DNA of 64,000 bases from Dicyema japonicum (lineage: Eukaryota; Animalia; Dicyemida). The stretch spans positions 1 through 64,000 of the forward strand of contig RDEW01000040.1 in the NCBI GenBank assembly GCA_011109175.1. Direction: 5' to 3'. Shown here piece after piece: positions 59,150 through 64,000 of the stretch (its first letter is position 1; each line of letters opens with the position of its first letter). Under the pieces are notes generated by a model, which saw only the letters and a list, made by a program, of their open reading frames with translations, had not been told where the DNA came from and ran no database searches. Made by a program: the position numbers and the translations under genes.

Positions 59150-61150
59150 GTCAATGGAATCTGCAATAATATCTTGAAACTAGGATCCCTCTTAGCCCAC
59201 TCTAAATTGGACATTCCCCCCATTCAAGAATCTAACCTTTCACAAACATAGCCCATCCCTTGTTTTCCAAACTATTGTGTATTTTACAAGGATCGTATAA
59301 GACGTCTTTATGGAAGACTATTTAAAATCGTTAAGGAGAGATTAATATTTACGGACTTTACCCTATTTGTATCTTAGGAGATAATATTTTGAAACAGATT
59401 TCAGTTGAAGTATCCTTTTTGCTTGCGAGATGTATTACACTGTAATGTTTAAATGCCACCTCAGGGGTCTAGATGGCTTCCTATTTTCCCAACCTATGTA
59501 GGTTTTGTTATTATACGGTCACTTAAACGCCAGACATCCGCTCTGGTTCCTTTCGCAGTCGTGGAAGTACATCCTATCGCTAATGAATGAATTGACTATT
59601 CTCAACAACCCAGGATTTCATACCAGGACCCCTATCCGCAGAAAAGATAATCCAAAGCTCCACACATGTCGTTATGCTCACAAACTTTGGCGGAGCATGG
59701 TTTGTTCGATATGGATTTTCAAGTAACCGCAACCCTATTGTATTACAAGTCATGAGACCTCTTTGTGTACTTCGATATTCTACAAGATTCAAGAACAATC
59801 GAAGGCGGACTGGGTTGGATTTAGTACTTATGAGGACAATCGATTATCTGACTTAACATTTGAATGTTCCATCGATTATGGAGCAAAAGTGTTATCAAAA
59901 ACAATTATGTAAGCGGACAAACTATTAATTCCACGTTCATCCTATGTGAGATTTAACCCTAAACTGTCATCCAGCGTCATTTCCCTTGTTAGAAAACTGA
60001 ATTCATTAAAATGAGGTAAAAGTATGATGAGTCGTTACTTCTTTGTGTTTTCTAAATTCAAGAATCACTCAGTTAATCCGGAACAATCACAAACTCAACT
60101 GGAGCCGTTTGGTTAGACACCTCAATCGTGAACACTCGTGTGCTAGTTTCTGGAGAATCTTAAAGAAACTAAAATATAAGGTGATGGAGGAGGAAGCCGT
60201 TCTAGTACGTCGGAACCCGCACATAAACTTGCAAATAATCTCATGGAATATTATGTGTTGATCAGTCACATGAATTTCTTTTGTTCTGAGTTTCAAATGA
60301 TGTGGACAAATCTATTAAATTGATACACTAGCAAATATATGCAGGAATTCTTTGATTACATCAATTCTCAAGTCGGGAAAAACAAAAGATAATCCGTCCT
60401 CCCACAAATATGTGTCCATAACGTACACCTTCAAAAGTAATAGATGTTAATTTCCCCTGTTCTGCCGATACCTGAATTCCAACATACCTTCAGAGCAGGC
60501 CTTTCCACAACGACTCATTTGAGACAGGTATCCCAGTTCATTGCAGACGGTTTCAAAGTGAAACACAATTAAGGAATAGAATGCCTCTTCACCTTGTTCA
60601 CTAAGGAATGGAGTTTTAAGGGCAAACTCAATCGATTTTTTAAGACATTCCTATTTATTTTATGCAAATCAAAAGATCATTGGAATAACTATCGACTAAT
60701 TATGTTTTTAAGTCACGTGGAGCAAGTGTTAACCAAAGGGCTCCGAAAGTGTAATGTTCTAAAGGCTATCGTAAAGAAGAGTTTCCTCCCACCTGCAGTT
60801 TGTATCAACGAATTCTATCTTATTGTGTCGACAATTGAATATGCTTCTGCATGGAGATTTGCCCTTCCCTCTTCAGGGTCGAGCGTATAAACTCCTCAGG
60901 CGTAAAATCATACCACTCATGCGAACCGACAGATCATCCATCACCAGTCTTTTTTCTGAGTAGGCGACGTTGAGAAATGGATTTCCTACGTTTCTGCAAG
61001 AGGAAACCCATTCAGAAAAAGGGTGGCTCATGCAGAGGAATTTGATCGACTATAAAGTGGGGCAACCCAATAGAATTCTTCTGCAGACACAAAAGAAGAC
61101 ATCGGAGGACAGTTGGGTCGCTAGCGGAACACTCAAGGAAAATTAGGAGA
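59150..61150 (+). mobile_element. Decayed APE-type LINE pieces (APE about 59150-60260; RT 3' part about 60590-61150)
   Basis: IQESNL, FPNY..YKDR, LYGHLNARHPLW; VLTKGLRKCNVLKAI, STIEYASAW. Confidence 0.6.
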
Positions 61151-61169
61151 TGTTGGAGGCTGGAGTCAT

Positions 61170-61390
61170 TTATTTAGTGGATTTAGCCATTTTTGGTGGT
61201 CTTGAGGTTTTTAAATAAATAAAACCCAGGCTCTGCTTCAAAAAAGACTGAGACCTTAAAGATGAAAAATAAGAGAGTCTCTGTGGACAGTTTATTTTTG
61301 AACCAGTCGCAGTGGAAACGTCAGGAATCATAGGAAGCAGATCACTGACACTGCTAAACAGAATCGGGTCAACAAAGGCTGGAAAAACGA
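61170..61390 (+). mobile_element. CRE-clade RLE fragment
   Basis: GQFIFEPVAVETSGIIGSRSLTLLNRIGS, close to the 47330 copy. Confidence 0.68.
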
Positions 61391-62150
61391 GACTACGGTT
61401 GTACAACGAGTTGATCAAGCCTATGTTGCTTTAAAACGCGAACACTTGGACCTGCTCCTACGTATTTTTCCCACACCTAAAATCTGCCTTTACCTCCTCA
61501 AACATTGACTATATCAACTCACAGCAGCAAAAATCCTACGTATTTTTCCCACACACTCAAACGACCAGAAACAATGGCTAAGCGTTCTTGGTTTTCTGCA
61601 AAGAACCAGAAAACCCACTTGGGGAACGGGTTATTCATATGAAGACATCCCAATCGAGTTCCTCTGAAGAAATTCGAGAAGAAACTTCCTGAATGTGGCA
61701 TCGTCGGCGGATTACTCGAAGAGACTTAGGAAATTATATATTCATATCGACCAATATTATATTAAAGGCTAAAAGACCACATCTCCGATTTACCTATTTG
61801 TAACCTAAAGCTAATTTTCAATTTGATCAAAAATGAAAAGTCGCTTTTGATATAAAAACAAGTTTAAAGACATCAAAGATGGTCTTTATGTAACGAAATA
61901 TTTCAGCCCTAGAAAAATGTTTCTCTTAGTTTATTTCCGCAGAAGCCTCATAAGTTTTTTGACCCAAAAACACTGTTATTTAAGGAGGACAAACATCTGT
62001 CTGGTGAAAGAAAATTAAGGCGAGAAAATGGTCTTTAATAAAATCGATCTCCCGCTATTAAGGGGATACTTTAACTTCTCTTATTCGTGACAGATTGACT
62101 AATTTTATTAAAAAGTAAGAAAGATTTGGAGACAAATTTAAATAAAAAAG

Positions 62151-62893
62151 TCACTTGGAGGAACACCTCACACAGAACCACTTCCCACGTGGTTTTGTAG
62201 TGAGACCAACACAGGAGAAATGGAACCATTCAATAGGACACTGTATTTCTCACAAACACCAACCTCAGGATTGTCACACCCAATCATCTCTCCGTACGAG
62301 ACCTGATGACACGTGCAGTATGTCGGTTCGTTCGGATCCACGGGCATGTCCAAGTACTCCGAACTCGTCAATTTGGATGAGAGTGATACCGAAGGTGGGG
62401 TCATCTCACTAAAATTAGTAAATCAGTAAATACGTAGATTCGTTTACATTCTCCTTTTTGACCGACTTCCTTGATCCCTTTTTATCTCCATCTCCATCCA
62501 AAAACTGCTCAAAGTGACCCAAGTCCTTGTCAAGCTTGATTATGCTTATCAACCAGAAATATTATTAAGGCAAACTTTCTCGTACATTTTCTTTGAAATC
62601 AAAACTTTTTTATTGGATATTTTCTCGGCAGTTTTGTATTTTTCATTTATTTTATCGATAAACTTGTTTTTCTCAGATTCAGAGAGTTCTTTGATTTTAT
62701 CCAGCAGTTCTTTGGTATCCTTGTGAATTTCGGCCATAATTTTTTCAACGTGCTCATCCAATTCAGCTATTTTCATCAAATTTGTTTTGAGCATAAAAGG
62801 AACACTTTCAAGGCCTATTGAATTTATTTTTAAAGGCAAACCATCAATTGAATTGTCAAAATAAAAAGATTTCAGATTGTTAGATGGTTGCAT
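62151..62893 (-). CDS. Inhibitor of growth (ING4/5-like) PHD protein; second junction anomalous
   Basis: N-terminal ING helices; [29 protein letters not shown]|[24 protein letters not shown]. Confidence 0.9.
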
Positions 62894-63006
62894 CACGTCA
62901 ACACAACTCAAACACTAAAATTATTTTATTAAGTAATTATTAAATAATTCGATTTTAATTAGAAAACCAGAAATTAATAATCTAAAAAAAGTTCAAATTT
63001 TATATG

Positions 63007-63290
63007 TTTTTTATTTATTTTTTTAAAAAGCCTTTTCACGAGAGCCATAATATTTATAGCTCCGCATAGGCAGGACACACACTTTATTTAAGTAAAGAAC
63101 AGTTAATTTTAACTAATCATAGAACCAAGGAATGATCTTCACTTCTTTTTTTTCTTTTTCTTGTGTGTGGGTCCTTTCTAGACAATCCAGTTCCGCAGTG
63201 AGTATCCACTGATGACGGCGTCGTAGATGCGTGGAATTTTCCACCAGGTGAACAGCAGCGAGAATCGAACCCGTAACCTAAGTCACTTTA
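63007..63290 (-). mobile_element. SINE (subfamily of 32419), 5'-truncated, about 23-nt internal deletion, A-rich tail
   Basis: Reverse complement near-identical to 32444-32733. Confidence 0.9.
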
Positions 63291-63299
63291 CTCTGGCTT

Positions 63300-64000
63300 T
63301 CTAACTTCCTCAATAGAAGATCCCGGGTATACATGGATGGAACCAAATAGGTTTCAAGATTATAACCCAATGGTGTTCCACAAAGTTCTTTTTTATTACT
63401 CGCTTTGTACTTACAGAAAGTACGTCGGTTTTCGGGAAGAACATCGAGAAAGATTATTATTAACCCAAGAACACCAATAGTTAATGTAATATATCATTGA
63501 GGCAGATTCTAAAAGAAGCAGGGATCACCTGACGGTCAAGTAACTTTTTAATATGTCTGTGGTTCTTAGTTTTAAATAATTTTTGGTGCATAAAGACCAT
63601 TTTCCAGATTTGAAATTACTGTACAAACAGTTAATTGAGTCATAAGTCAGCTATTCCTATGCGTCCTGAGGAATCAATCTGCACTTGACGAAAAAACATA
63701 AAACCAGCGACATTCAGTCCCTGAAAGCCACTACTATTAGTATTCTCGGGAAACTAGAAAAGCTACTCCCCATCACTTGATGACCTTATCCAACAAAATG
63801 TAAAGGGATTTGCTTTTCTGTACAGGCAGTCCAACTCATAATAGTGCACAGCCAGGACGTGTCTTACGAAAAGGGTATACATTATCCCTCTCCAATTTGT
63901 ATTCTCACAATCATCCCACTCACAGAGAACTAAGTTGGATCCCAGAAGGGGCACAAGGAGAGAATGAGAAATCTGATTGAGGCTGTAGAGATTACTTAAT
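63300..64000 (-). CDS. 3' part of an unidentified gene with a C2H2-like CEWDDC..H...H segment; runs off the window
   Basis: VLCEWDDCEN..FVRHVLAVH; exon structure not resolved. Confidence 0.3.

Overview
AT-rich metazoan nuclear genomic DNA, not prokaryotic; no CRISPR or rRNA seen. About ten recognisable host genes (PSMD4/Rpn10, NDOR1, a DRAM/TMEM150-family gene, a receptor-type guanylate cyclase, annexin, MFSD1, ornithine decarboxylase, flightless-I, the minor-spliceosome protein SNRNP35, an ING4/5-like gene) sit in short dense clusters. Their spliceosomal introns are only about 20-29 nt. Those intron sizes plus TTAGGG repeats fit a dicyemid mesozoan best (inference, not verified by search). 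Well over half of the window is decayed mobile DNA: RTE, Jockey-like, CRE-clade and R4-like non-LTR retrotransposons, Tigger, hAT, FLYWCH/MULE and rve-integrase remnants, and a tRNA-Leu-like SINE family. The most unusual structure is at 7885-9779. A SINE is cut off and continued directly by (TTAGGG)5TTAGG, then 32 nt of filler copied in inverted orientation from about 220 bp upstream, then a 1.7-kb inverted duplicate of the window start; this reads as a telomere-healed break that was later re-joined. Other leads are two nearly identical neighbouring micro-introns in flightless-I, an operon-like SNRNP35-FLII pair, stop/start-overlapping uORFs, CACGTG enrichment inside host genes, all CRE fragments on one strand, and orphan micro-genes revealed only by micro-intron splicing. 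All intron calls and counts are manual. TE boundaries are approximate (tens of bp), and several apparent frameshifts could be assembly errors.
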